Source: Mytilus californianus
Lineage: Eukaryota
Direction of reading: 5' to 3'
DNA: 64,000 bases
Assembly (NCBI RefSeq): GCF_021869535.1
Contig: NW_026262604.1
Span: forward strand, 18,786,001-18,850,000
Below the pieces are notes generated by a model. It was not told where the DNA came from and ran no database searches. It was given only the letters and a program-made list of their open reading frames with translations. Shown here one piece after another: positions 37,201 through 49,200 of the stretch. Each line of letters starts with the position of its first letter. Positions within the stretch are counted from its first letter, which is position 1. A program made the position numbers and the translations under genes.

Positions 37201-40200
37201 GTGATATACAGGCTGTCAATTTTGGATTTACGAGAGATTTTAACATCCGGATATAACAGTTTCCCATATGAATATATAGGACGTCCTACTATGCACATAA
37301 TTGACATACTAAGTACAATTATCTGCTTGCTCAGAAGTTTAGAACAAGATTGATTAGAATTCGCACCTGAATTTGCTCTTAATCTTGAATGCTGCAAGGA
37401 AACAACGAACACGTGATTGTTTCCCTTAATTAAAGGACCTAAATCTAAAACCTTTACTGCCGGAGCGGTTTTCATTCTTGGGTTTGCCGTCACCAGGAAT
37501 GCATTTAAAAACCAGGATTATAAAATATTTGTGAACTTCATTAAAAATTTCCGCACAAATCAGTTTTGGTTGATGCATTGCAATCATATTTTGCAGAACC
37601 CGCTGGAGGCATATGTGACAAATATAAATCATTCACAGAAAATGGATTATCAGTGATGAAATCACTTAATACCGGTGTTGTTACTCTTCTGAATAACAAC
37701 AATAGTCTAACACAACGGATGTCACAATTATCATTTGCTCATCAAGTAGGACACAGCTTCGGGTCACCAGTAAGTTTGAGATATTTTGAAAAGGGACATT
37801 GTTATGCTACGTATTTAGCTAATGATACGGTGTAGTTTTTTTTTGCGTTTTTTTACCTCCAGTGATAAAACTTATACACGTCTTCCTTTTTGCGTAACAT
37901 CGTACTGAGTATGCATGAAAAAAAATGCTTATAAAGATGAAGAAGAGGAATAAAAGCCCTGTTCACTGATTTTTTTTTGATTTTTTCTATGCATTGTGTG
38001 CGATATTGTCCTATGTACATTTACCCCATATCGTTTTATTTCTTATGAAGGTTGAGCATTGTAAAATCAATTAATCCATCATTCCAAATCTCGAGTGCAT
38101 GCATATATAGTATATTACTCCCAATTGATACAATAGGTTAGCAAGTATGTTCACCTGTTTCTGCGATAAAGGGTTGTTTCGCATACAAAAGCTATTTAAA
38201 AAGATTCAAAGTGGTAGCGACAAGTCATTGCTTACGAATATGCTACGAACGACACTAAGATTAGTTTGAGGCTGGTTTCTCCCTTGCAACACACGGGTAT
38301 CTGAGACACAATTTTTCGGTCAGAGCCAAATAGATAGTACAGGTAATCAGTCTCGACTAGTTTAATCTTGATATAAATCCTGTGAAATTCTATATGCCTT
38401 GGTAAACCAAGCTAATTTTTGTTCAGACTGAATATAATGAAATAAGCTTTGTAATGGCATTACATTATAAAAGATGATAGATTGGTCTCGAATTATAATT
38501 CAAAAGTATTTTTCTTAAATATTCGATTTTGATAGAGAAAAAACTGCGTCTACGGATATCGTCATGTTTCAACTTATTCAAGGTATACATGTATCAAACT
38601 TCCGTTTTGTTGTATGATTCATTTATTTTTTTTTAAACTTGATGATATTTAATTTGATAGCATGATAGTGGAAACCTTTGTACTCCGTATGATAACAGTG
38701 CAGTAGATGCAGAACAAAGGAATTACATTATGAACGAGGAATTTATCAACGGAAATATGCAACACAATGACGAATTCTCTCCATGCAGCAAAGATAATAT
38801 GACGAAAATGTTAGATAAAGTTTTTACAGACAGATTTGGCACAATAAACTGTTTCAAAAGTATGTTTCTTTAAATTAATTTTAGTCTGGAAGGGTCGGGT
38901 TGAAGTTAACAAGGTCTGAAAAGTCTGATCAATAAATTATCAGTCATGTTTAGCTTTTCAGTCAATTTTAAGACTTATCCACTGTGGTAAATTAGTACTG
39001 TTCAGACAATTCGCTTGCAGTCAATTCAGTACTCTTCAGTAGCATTTTAGACAATTCAGTATTCTGTTGATAATTCATGTAAAAAGCAGCTACTTAACAA
39101 TCTGAAAACAGACTGAATAGATCTTAATCTAATCATCTATTGTTCAGTCTTTTAAAAGTTGTTCGGAACGAAATGAACGTTTCAGACCAAAATTGGTTTA
39201 CTAGTTACATTTACATCAGTTTGAAAATAAATGTCATATGTTCAATTTTTTAATCACATTCCAGAAGACAGTGTTACAATAATATTAAGAAGGATGCAGA
39301 CTCATGTTTTTAGAAACATGTAGAAAACACACACGCTTTGTCGGATTCCTATATTGATAGATAGATAGTAGGGATGTCAACTCGAAAAGAGTTAATAATC
39401 GAGTCATTGTTTGATTTACAGAGCACTGACGTGGATAAAATCTACAAAAATAACCCTCAATTATACACATTTTATCCCTGTTGGGCGTTATACCCTAGAT
39501 AAATTATCATCTAGGAATAGAACATAGTCTAGTTTCACAATGACTTATAGATAATAAATAAGTTCTCATTAACTAAATTTATTAATTAGATAAACAAAAA
39601 AATAATCAATAATTTAATTAAAAAATGTTGAATATAATTGATTACAAAGTAAAACCTGATCAAACAATAGTTAAAATTTTTTGGTCGTAAAGAAAAACAC
39701 ATTTTCAAAGGTGTGATGAATAGAAATCACTGATGCGATCTAAAAAAAATTGAATATGATGGAAAGAAGAAGATATTGTTTAAACTGGAAACCGATTAGT
39801 GAAGTATCATGTTGGTATTCGAAACTCTGTACTGCCGAGCGATACCCGAATAATCGAGTACTTTTTGACATCTTTAATAAATAGGTATAAGATTACTAAA
39901 TCCATTGGATGTTGGATGTGTACGGATTGATAATTTAGTCTTGGATGCATGATTTTTTTTATTAGTTGTTAGTGGCTTTGAACTAACTATCAGTAACTGC
40001 AAGTACTCTCAGATATGTACTTAGTGTCTTTTTGATGTTTGGATGTACAAGTACCAGGCCACGTCCACTTGTATTTGTAGTATTTTGTATTTTTATCCAT
40101 CTGATGAGTTAAGCCTCTTTCAACTGATTTTTATAGTTCGTTCTTATGTTGTACTGTTACACCACTGTCCCAGGTTAGGGGGAGGGTTGGGATCCCGCTA

Positions 40201-43200
40201 ACATGTTTAACCCCGCCACATTCTGTATGTATGTGCCTGTCCCAAGTCAACAGCCTGTAATTCAGTGGTTGTCGTTTGTTTATGTGTTACATATTTGTTT
40301 TTCGTTCATTTTTTGTACATAAATTAGGCCGTTAGTTTTCTCGTTTGAATTGTTTTACATTGTCATTTCGGGGCCTTTTATAGCTGACTGTGCGGTATGG
40401 GCTTTGCTCATTGTTGAAGGCCGTACGGTGACCTATAGTTGTTAAATTCTGTGTCATTTGGTCTCTTGTGGAGAGTTGTCTCATTGGCAATCATACCAAA
40501 TCTTCTTTTTTATATGACGTCTTGTACATAACAACCATCCGTATTTAATAAATAGAATAGAGTAAATTAACACCCGGCCTCGTATACATAAGCCAATCAA
40601 AATATTGTATTTTTACGTGAAGTATAATAATGTAAAATATTATTTGTATCATTTGTCTGCCTCTTGTTACAGTGTAAACTGTCTAGAGTGTTAATAAAAG
40701 TTCAAGTTCTAAGATATTGTAAAATAACTTTTGTCACTTTTTGTATTAACGATATACTTTTTCGGGGATGAAAACTATTATTTCATAAGCTCGTATAATG
40801 TTTGATTCCATTCCACTATTGAATACCGTCAAACAATATCAAGACGAAGTACAAAAATGTATTTTTCATAAATAAATTTGCTTGTTGTTGTATTGTTTTT
40901 GATGATGAGTGATGGCTGTTTTAACGTACAGCGGACTTTTTTTCATTGTTTTTATGTTTTTGTTTTTTGTTTTGGTTCCATGGTTATATCACCCAATATA
41001 TTCGTTTCGGACTGAGACAGAGACATATTAAGATAGTTCAAAAGAAAAAAAATGAATGATCCTTTTCCCGACAAGTGGCTCACGTACAAGCCTTTCTATG
41101 TAAACATTGTAGACATCTAAGTACCATTTAGCTACATTAAAATTAAACTTGAACATTCATTTTCAATATGACATTCTGTAGACAACACAATTACCATAAA
41201 AAATTACCATTTTCATGGAAAAAATATATAGTACCGAAATTGAAAGTCTGTCATTCAGAAAGCTCATATCTGGCCTATCATAGTATGTTGACGAAGTACA
41301 AGATTGGGTCAGAATGCCGGGCTAGCACATACCACCCGTTTGCTGTATATTTAAGATACCAAAGACCGCTAATAAAGTTCGATAACTGGTGTCAGACTAA
41401 ATGACCAAGTTAAATAACTAATGCAAGACGAATAATTAGCCAGTTAGAGCTGCGGGATGTAATTAACACATCGCCCGAAACAGAGATACATCATACAATT
41501 ATCTTTGAAGTCGACTGCGTTTCCATTCTTTTTAGATATACAATTCCTTGGTAGGACTCACCAAATCAATGAAAAATTAGTAAAGCGAACGAAAAATCAA
41601 ACACATAAATGAGAAACAGGATAATCGAAAAGTTTTTATTCAAAAAGACTATGGTATTTTTTACCCATGTTATTAACTCGACCATTTTGTAAACTAGAAT
41701 ATACGTTCGAACACGAGCAAACATGCCCGAAGGATTCAAATCAACAAAAAGTAGAAAAAAAACACTGTGTGAGTCAACAGTTTTTACGTCTCCTGTTAAG
41801 CATGGATTGTAAATTCACTCTTTTTTGTAGTCCGTCACAAGGCAGCTGTTGCAATCCAGAAACTTGTGCACTATTTACAAATGGCCAGCTTTGTAGACCA
41901 GCAACAGACTGTGCTGCTGAATCAAACTGTACATATCCTTTATAACGTAACATAAAGTTGGGTACTTGTATGAACTAAAGTTGGATTAAAATTTTGTATA
42001 ACACAATCATGAATTGTAAAAAAGCAGTACACGATCGGTCTAGTTCTATGCTTACATCTGCAAGTATTTAGACAAATTAGCAAATAATGTGTAGGACTGC
42101 TTTTCTAAATTAAAAAGAAATACGTGGTTTTTTGTACACTTTTTTACTGTTTAAACAAATACCCAATATTTATTTTTGTTCGTTTCAATTTTTGATTTTG
42201 TCATGTAAAGGGAAATAATTCCTTTAGTGAAAAATTTATAAAAGGAATGGTAATGAAATTTTCATTTTTTTACTTGTAGCAAGCAAACGAATTCGTTGAC
42301 ACCATTTTTTCTTTTTCTTTTCCTTAAGCATTCTATAAAACCTATCTTCACATATTATGTTCCAAAATTCTATCTCACAGTTTTCTTTTTATTAACAAAG
42401 TAGTTTTTCCTAGGTTATCTTAGCACAATTTGTCAATGTTGCTCAACTTGTAGCTTGATATGTAGCACGGTGGCCGTTACTTTTTATTATATTCTTGAAA
42501 ATAAAAATATGATAAAATTAACATTTTGACAGAGTAAAAGAAAAATTTATCTGAAGAAATATATAGTGATGTTCACCTTAATGGTTCAATGTGCACATAT
42601 CTGATTAAAATTCATTAGAAACACCAAGCTAAATGCGTTTGATTATGAAGTGTAATTTAAGGGCATACGATACAGTTTTGATCCCATAATGAAAAAATGA
42701 TGAAAATTTGCAAATAGGCTATTTTTTACCTGATTAAATCAAATATGTAATAACAAATATACCTGCATGTGCTACTTTTTGAGTAAAATGAGTTCGAAAT
42801 TTCAGATATTTGCTCAAAAATAGGATTTGTGGACGTATTTTTCCTTCCGACAGAAATGCATAACTTTTTTGTTTTAAAAGATAAACACAAGTTGTTTTTT
42901 GTTAAATTATTTGTAATTTCTGTTTTATATAAATATCCTATAAATTTATGAAATTTTTTGTTTAGAAATAACTCAAATTTATCAAATGTTCATGAATGTA
43001 GAAAAAAACGTCATTTTTGCTGTATATTTATCAAATTTAAAAAAAATTGCATTATTGACTTTTTCATGAAAATTGGTACAAATAATCTTCATACATAATC
43101 TACCCGAATGTCATTTTAAAAAAGAGGGGTCCGTGAACTCGTTTTCAAGTTAAATCAGTTTGAATGATAAAAATCAGTCGAAAAATACATCTTTTCCCGA

Positions 43201-46200
43201 TATGTTACAGTTTGACGTCGCCAAAATAACATTTTATGTTAGCAACGTCATTACCTTCCCTGAAACTGTATCGTATGCCCTTAAGATAACAGTTTCTGAA
43301 GAAGTCAGATACGTAGTGAGAAACTTTAAAAGGGGGTTTCACGAGTGTTACAGTGGATAAATTGGTTCATTACTAACTTGCTTCAATCTTCTTTTAACTA
43401 ACAATTTTATTTCAAATTCAACTTTTCGAATACTTGTGCCACTATCTTATCTGATAAAGACGAAACGGACATTAAACCCAATTGGTTTGTTTCTAAACAA
43501 GATTCAAGATTTTCAAGATTTTATTCATAACCATAGACACATACATGTGTACAAGAGGACAATATAATTACAAACTACATATTATATGATACATAGCGAG
43601 ACAGGACAGACAAAAACAAATACATATAAAGTATGTTATAAAAGACAACAGAATGTCTTTTGTTTGTTCATCATACTTTACATTTTTATCAAGTGTTCTT
43701 GATTAAAGAGTGATATTGACAGTACTAGTATTTGAACCTTTTTGCAGCCATGTATTGTTTAGTGAAGTATTACTCAATCCAGTAGTGTGTTTTTGACTGG
43801 AGTATTTTTGTTTATCTTAAGTCACCTTTCATCAACTTCTCCCACCACCAGTAAATTTCTAGTCTTTCTGGAGGGTCAAATTTGCCACTGAACTTACGAT
43901 AGGGTTCAATTCAAACAGTTTTTTCTCGTCTATGTTCAACCAGTTAGAAGCTAGTTTGATTAAATAACAATTGAAATTACCATTCTCATGTTTATATCTT
44001 AATGGATGATTATTGAATATTATGAATTATTCCCATGGCCAATGCAGCGTTCTAACTGACTGAGATTCAATGTTTTCATAAAGCAAACAGGAACACAGTT
44101 ATAGTTTATAGGTAGAAATTTAAATTTTAACCATCAAGGGTTTTAATAATTGACAATCATCCATTTTCCAAAACTAAATATTAGAATTAACAACCCCCCC
44201 CCGTTAACTACAATTGCCTTCCACCATCTATACACTAGACTTAACAGACATAAAATGGACAAATGAACTTGCGTTTGACATTTATAATTTTTTTAATAAT
44301 GAGAGGAACCAAACAAAAGTTATGGTTATAAATTTTAATATAAGAACAGTGACAAAAAAATGAACTACTATTCAAGATACTCGATGTACAAGGTGTTTAC
44401 TTTTATATACAAGTAGATAGTTTGCATTATGATTGATATAAGAGGGTGGTAAAGGGTTATTTTCGTGCAACGTGATCGCCGTTTTTTATTTCACGGTCAA
44501 CGTGTTTTTACTTTTTTATTTGACGTTCAGTCGTGCAAGACAGGTGCCTCGTTCAACGTGTTCTGCTTATTTAATTTTACGTGCATCGTGATTTTCAAAT
44601 GCTTATTTTGCGTCCTCTGTATTTTTCAAATAAAATTCAAACACTTGGCAGGGATCGTCAAGAAAAACATGGATTCAATTCAAAGCGGAAAGTCCTTTGA
44701 TGTTGTTCCTTATCGATTTTGGAGATTCCAAGATATATGTACTGGTTTGGCCTAACACATTGTTCATTAAGTATTAAGTAACTACATCACACATCACACA
44801 TGACATTTTATTGTCTAAACAAATTTGTAACGGGCCATACATATTTATTTTTGTCGTATTCTTTCGATTTGATTCAGTTTGCGATAAGTTAAAAATCGTT
44901 GTACCATATGTTACTATAGTCCTCTGGTATGAATATGTTGATGGATTGCTGTATTGCCATATATGTCTCTAGTTCATGACTGTAATGTTAGAAAACATAA
45001 AAAAATAAAAGGACTAATGAGACCTGCATGGTATGAATTACTAGGGAAAGCTGTAGGATTAGGGATATATTACAATCAACTTGTGCTTCTGTTCGTCAAT
45101 CCAACAAATATTTTCGTTAGATTTTTCTAAGAAACAACTTTACATCGCACTTCATATTAAGTTCAAATCTGATATGTTTTTAACTTGTGAACACTTTTCG
45201 GATCTCCTAGATACATGCTTCCTCATTGCCGATTCTTTGGTAAAATGAAAAGAATGACTTTAAATAGGATCGACATCTTAACAGTGATGAGCTTTAACGT
45301 GTTTGCACTTTCCATCATCTGTCAGTTCAAACTTCCTATTTCTGATACTTTTAACCACGAGTCGTGGTAGCTGGTGGCATGGATAACATGACAACGTGTT
45401 TATTTTTGTTAATAAAGACGATGAAATAGATCAGGAATACACTTTCGTGTCTGCGGGATATTTGCATTTCAAAAGTTAAGAAGATCGTTATATACTTTTT
45501 TAAAAGCCGTAAACCATTCATATTATAAATGTGTATACTAAATCGGGAATATCAAGTAAAACAGAGAGTTTATATATACAAGAAGACAGTGACTCAGTCA
45601 CAAAAGGTTCACATCAAAGTCTTTATTTTTCGTGCAACGTTCGTTCATGACAGAAATTATTTCACATTCAACATGAAATGTCTTATTTCACGTTTTTTCC
45701 GTGCAAGCACCCCCTTTACCACCCTCATATAAATAAATGACACAAGTTTATTGAACTTTATTATTGAATATGATTATCTAAAAAAGAATATCCTACTTTT
45801 TTCATATCTAGTATACTGTAAAGAAAGTCGACAAAACATACATTGGGTTCATACAGCTTTATTAAATTTTTTCCTTAACTGTTTTCAATGGATTCGCAAA
45901 CTGTCCACAGTCTGCTGCTAAGCCTGACTACGTCACGTATTGTAATGACTTTTCCAAAGTCTGTGTAAATGGGGTAAGTACATTGTATACGTATTTATGT
46001 TAAACTGTCTCATGAATAAGCCTTGCAAGGTTGACTCCTCCCCGCCGATACATCTCAGACATTTTGTAAAATAACGTCCTTTTTGTATTATCTATGTGTG
46101 ATTCATGTAGGTTTCGATTCCCAACATCACTGAAGAAACAATAATTGTCGAAATCCGGATATGGTGAGCAAATTTTTGCACCACATGTTTGCGGTATACC

Positions 46201-49200
46201 ATCTTTCCCGCAAGTATATTGTTTTCTGTTTGGTATTAAATTAATAATTAAGGTCCATTTGTTACATCTTGTGATCCGTTTATTTGGCAATCGCCAATGG
46301 CAGTCAGCAGGGTTTGAGAACATCCGTTTTTCGACCTGCTAGTCAAATGCGTTTTGTTAAAATATACTTTTTCACTCTTTTGGTCTTTTGGAAAATGTTG
46401 TTTGCGCTGTATTTAGACCCCTCTACCAAGAAATTTGTTTTGCATGCACACGTATAAAAATAGCGGTTTTTATCCAATGCAATCATAGGTTTGAACGTTA
46501 TTTTCAATTTAGACTTGTTTGATTTATGTTTTATATATACCTGAATTTTGGTAGAAAAGTTCCAAAAAATTCATTTTCCAAAACCCCTAAAAAAATTTGG
46601 AGATAAATGCAATTTATTTTCTTTCGTCACAATTTCAATGGAAGTGTTTGTTCTAATATAAAAATGAGAGGATGTGGCATGAACGATTGCCAATGAGACG
46701 AAAACTATTCACCAATTTGAAAGTTAAATGAATCGGTAGTAAGCAATAAAAGACCAAACATACGTCCTTCAACAACATCAACAATGCGAAAACCCTATAC
46801 CATTTCTTAATCTTTTAAAAGTCAATGCATTTGTATACAACAATATCGGATTTTTTCTTCTTAGTAAGTTTCTGATTGACTTTTCAAATTGCAATGTTCA
46901 GCATTCCCCACAATATTCCTATAAAACAACTTGTTATCTTTTTAAAACTGTTTCTCAAACATATTCAACCCCTTACAGATAGACCATTTCATTGAACTCT
47001 GGTGGATAGTTCTCTCATTGTCAATAATACCATTTCTCCTTATTTCATATTTAATTCAATTTACAGTTATGTACCGGATCAGTTTGTTCAAAGATAGACT
47101 ATGCAGCACAAAACAAAGTAACCTGGATAGAGTGTTTTGTAGAATCACACGGTGATTCGGTTGCTGACAAAGAAAAGCAATGTTTGCTGGGTTGCAGTAA
47201 GAAATAATCAGACCTTATAGTTATATATCAAGTTAGAATTGCACTTGCATATATTTAATAAAGAGCACAAAAAAGGCTTATTGACCAACGCTTTTGCAAT
47301 CGATTTCTCAAATGCCGTTTTGAACATAATGACGTGCATGCTTGTCCAGAAATGAAAATACCATATTAATAAATATGAAGCATCGATTAAAAATTTACAT
47401 TTTTCCCTGGATTATTATGTGTGGTTAAAGTTTATATAGTAATGAGAAAAGAAATGGGGACTGTGTCAAAGAGACAACATCCCAACCAAAGAGCAGAAAA
47501 CAGCCCAAAGCCATCAATGGGTGTTCAACGCAGAAAGAAAATCCGGCCGCGCACCTGGAGGATGGCTTCAGCTGGCCAATACAGAAAAATGTATACTAGT
47601 TCAGCGAAATGGACGCTACACTTAACTCTGAATCATATAAATGAACCAAAATTTAAAACACACAAAAGATTAACAAATGCTAGAGGTTCCTGACTTTGGA
47701 CAGGCGCACACATGCGGCGGATTTATTATTTGAAATATATATATAATGTTTGAACAGGATATCTAGTCTTTCTTTTATAGTTACCATTGTAATCACATTT
47801 TTCCAATTGTCAACTGCGACGTGTATGAGTGGAGATTCACTTGTTGTCGTGTTTCGAGTTGCGAGTTACACAAGTCGAGTTGCGAGTTGCGAAAGTCAAG
47901 TTGCGAGTTACGAAGGTCGAGTTGCGAGTTACGTTTGGTCGAGTTGCGAGTTACGAAAGTGGAGTTGCGAGTTACGAAAGTCGAGTTACGAGTTACGAAA
48001 GTCGAGTTGCGAGTAACAAAAGTCGAGTTGCGAGTTACAAAATTAGATTTGCGTGAAAATGGGGAAAACTATTTCAATTTTTTGGTGTACATCTTTAACA
48101 TTTTTGAATGATGATTAATTGTTTACAGTATTGTTGATGCTTTTTGTTTTTTTGACTTCATCTGAGTCTCATGTAAAAAAAATGGATTGCTTACATAATC
48201 ACTACGCAAAATATGGTTATTTTCTGAAGAAACAGATAGCCTTTTGGAATACAGCGGATGGCTTGTAGTTAAATTATTATCAAATTTCATAGCTAGCACC
48301 GTCATATTAAACTAAAAGGGAGATAGCAAATAAACTATAATAGTACATATATGTAAAAAAAAACCTTCTAGCTGCAGATTTCGTTAAGAGTGGGCTCTTT
48401 GGGGCAGTTACAGAGGCAATATTTGTTAGGGACCCCAAAATTTATTCTTTGGCAGTGACACTCAAAATTGTGGACGTTTAAGTTATATATGTCTACATTG
48501 GCTAGAGGTGAAGGGGGAAGGTTGAGCGCTCATAAAACATGTTTAACCCCACCGCATTTTTGCGTCTGTACTAAGTCAGGAGGCTCTAGCCTTTGTTGGT
48601 TTTGTATAGTTTTTAACTTTGGTTCTTCTATATGTTTCGGAGCATAGAATGGCATCCATTTTCTTTATCTAGTGTACATTGTGTGTCGGGGATGCCGCTG
48701 GGTGTGGGATTTCTCGATGTGTTAAAGACCCATTGGTGGCCTTGGGTTGACTTGTATATTTTGGTTGGGTTGTTGTCTCTTTGACAAATTCCCCGTTTCC
48801 ATTCTTTATTCTATACATGTAGCTGTCAAAGATACTTTTGTAAAAGAGACAAAAGACGCTGTTTTGGAATATGTAACTTCTTTCTAAAAAATGGGTTAAT
48901 CATACCCAAATCAATAAAGTTAATTTAGGCATAACATGCTGACAAATATAACTCTTTTACCTTTTTTTTTACACGAAACTCATTGTGCAGTAGGTGGGAA
49001 ATTGATTAAATAAAGTTTGAATTGTCTGTATAAAACGTCAAAACATTTTTACATCAATATGAAAAAAGTGCAGTTTTAAAGAGTTGTTAGTTATTTGAAA
49101 AGTACAACTTGATGCCATACTTACCCGGGTAAAACTTTTTTCAGGTGCTCTCGTGACAGGCTATGCATGATATTAAGATAAAAAGGAAGCATATTTTTTT

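Larger units (their letters stand above)
41933..45888 (+). other. U12-type (minor spliceosome) intron with apparent AT-AA termini
   Basis: 5' splice site ATATCCTTT at 41933. Branch point TTCCTTAAC at 45871-45879, followed by tgttttcAA|. Splicing restores C-T-G-F-A-N-C-P in frame. Confidence 0.8.

Noticed and set aside
40089-40120. CTGATGA-GTT...AAC as a hammerhead
   Set aside because: Lacks the GAAA and stem III half of the core.
42572-42596. Alternative U12 3' end (caccttaat...gtgcAC) that would give a canonical AT-AC intron
   Set aside because: Weaker branch-point match, and splicing there hits TAG after 7 codons with no ADAM similarity. It could only be a poison acceptor and has no support.
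47750-48111. Overlapping repetitive ORFs (VELRVTK / SCELRKS)
   Set aside because: By-products of the 21-bp foldback array, not genes.
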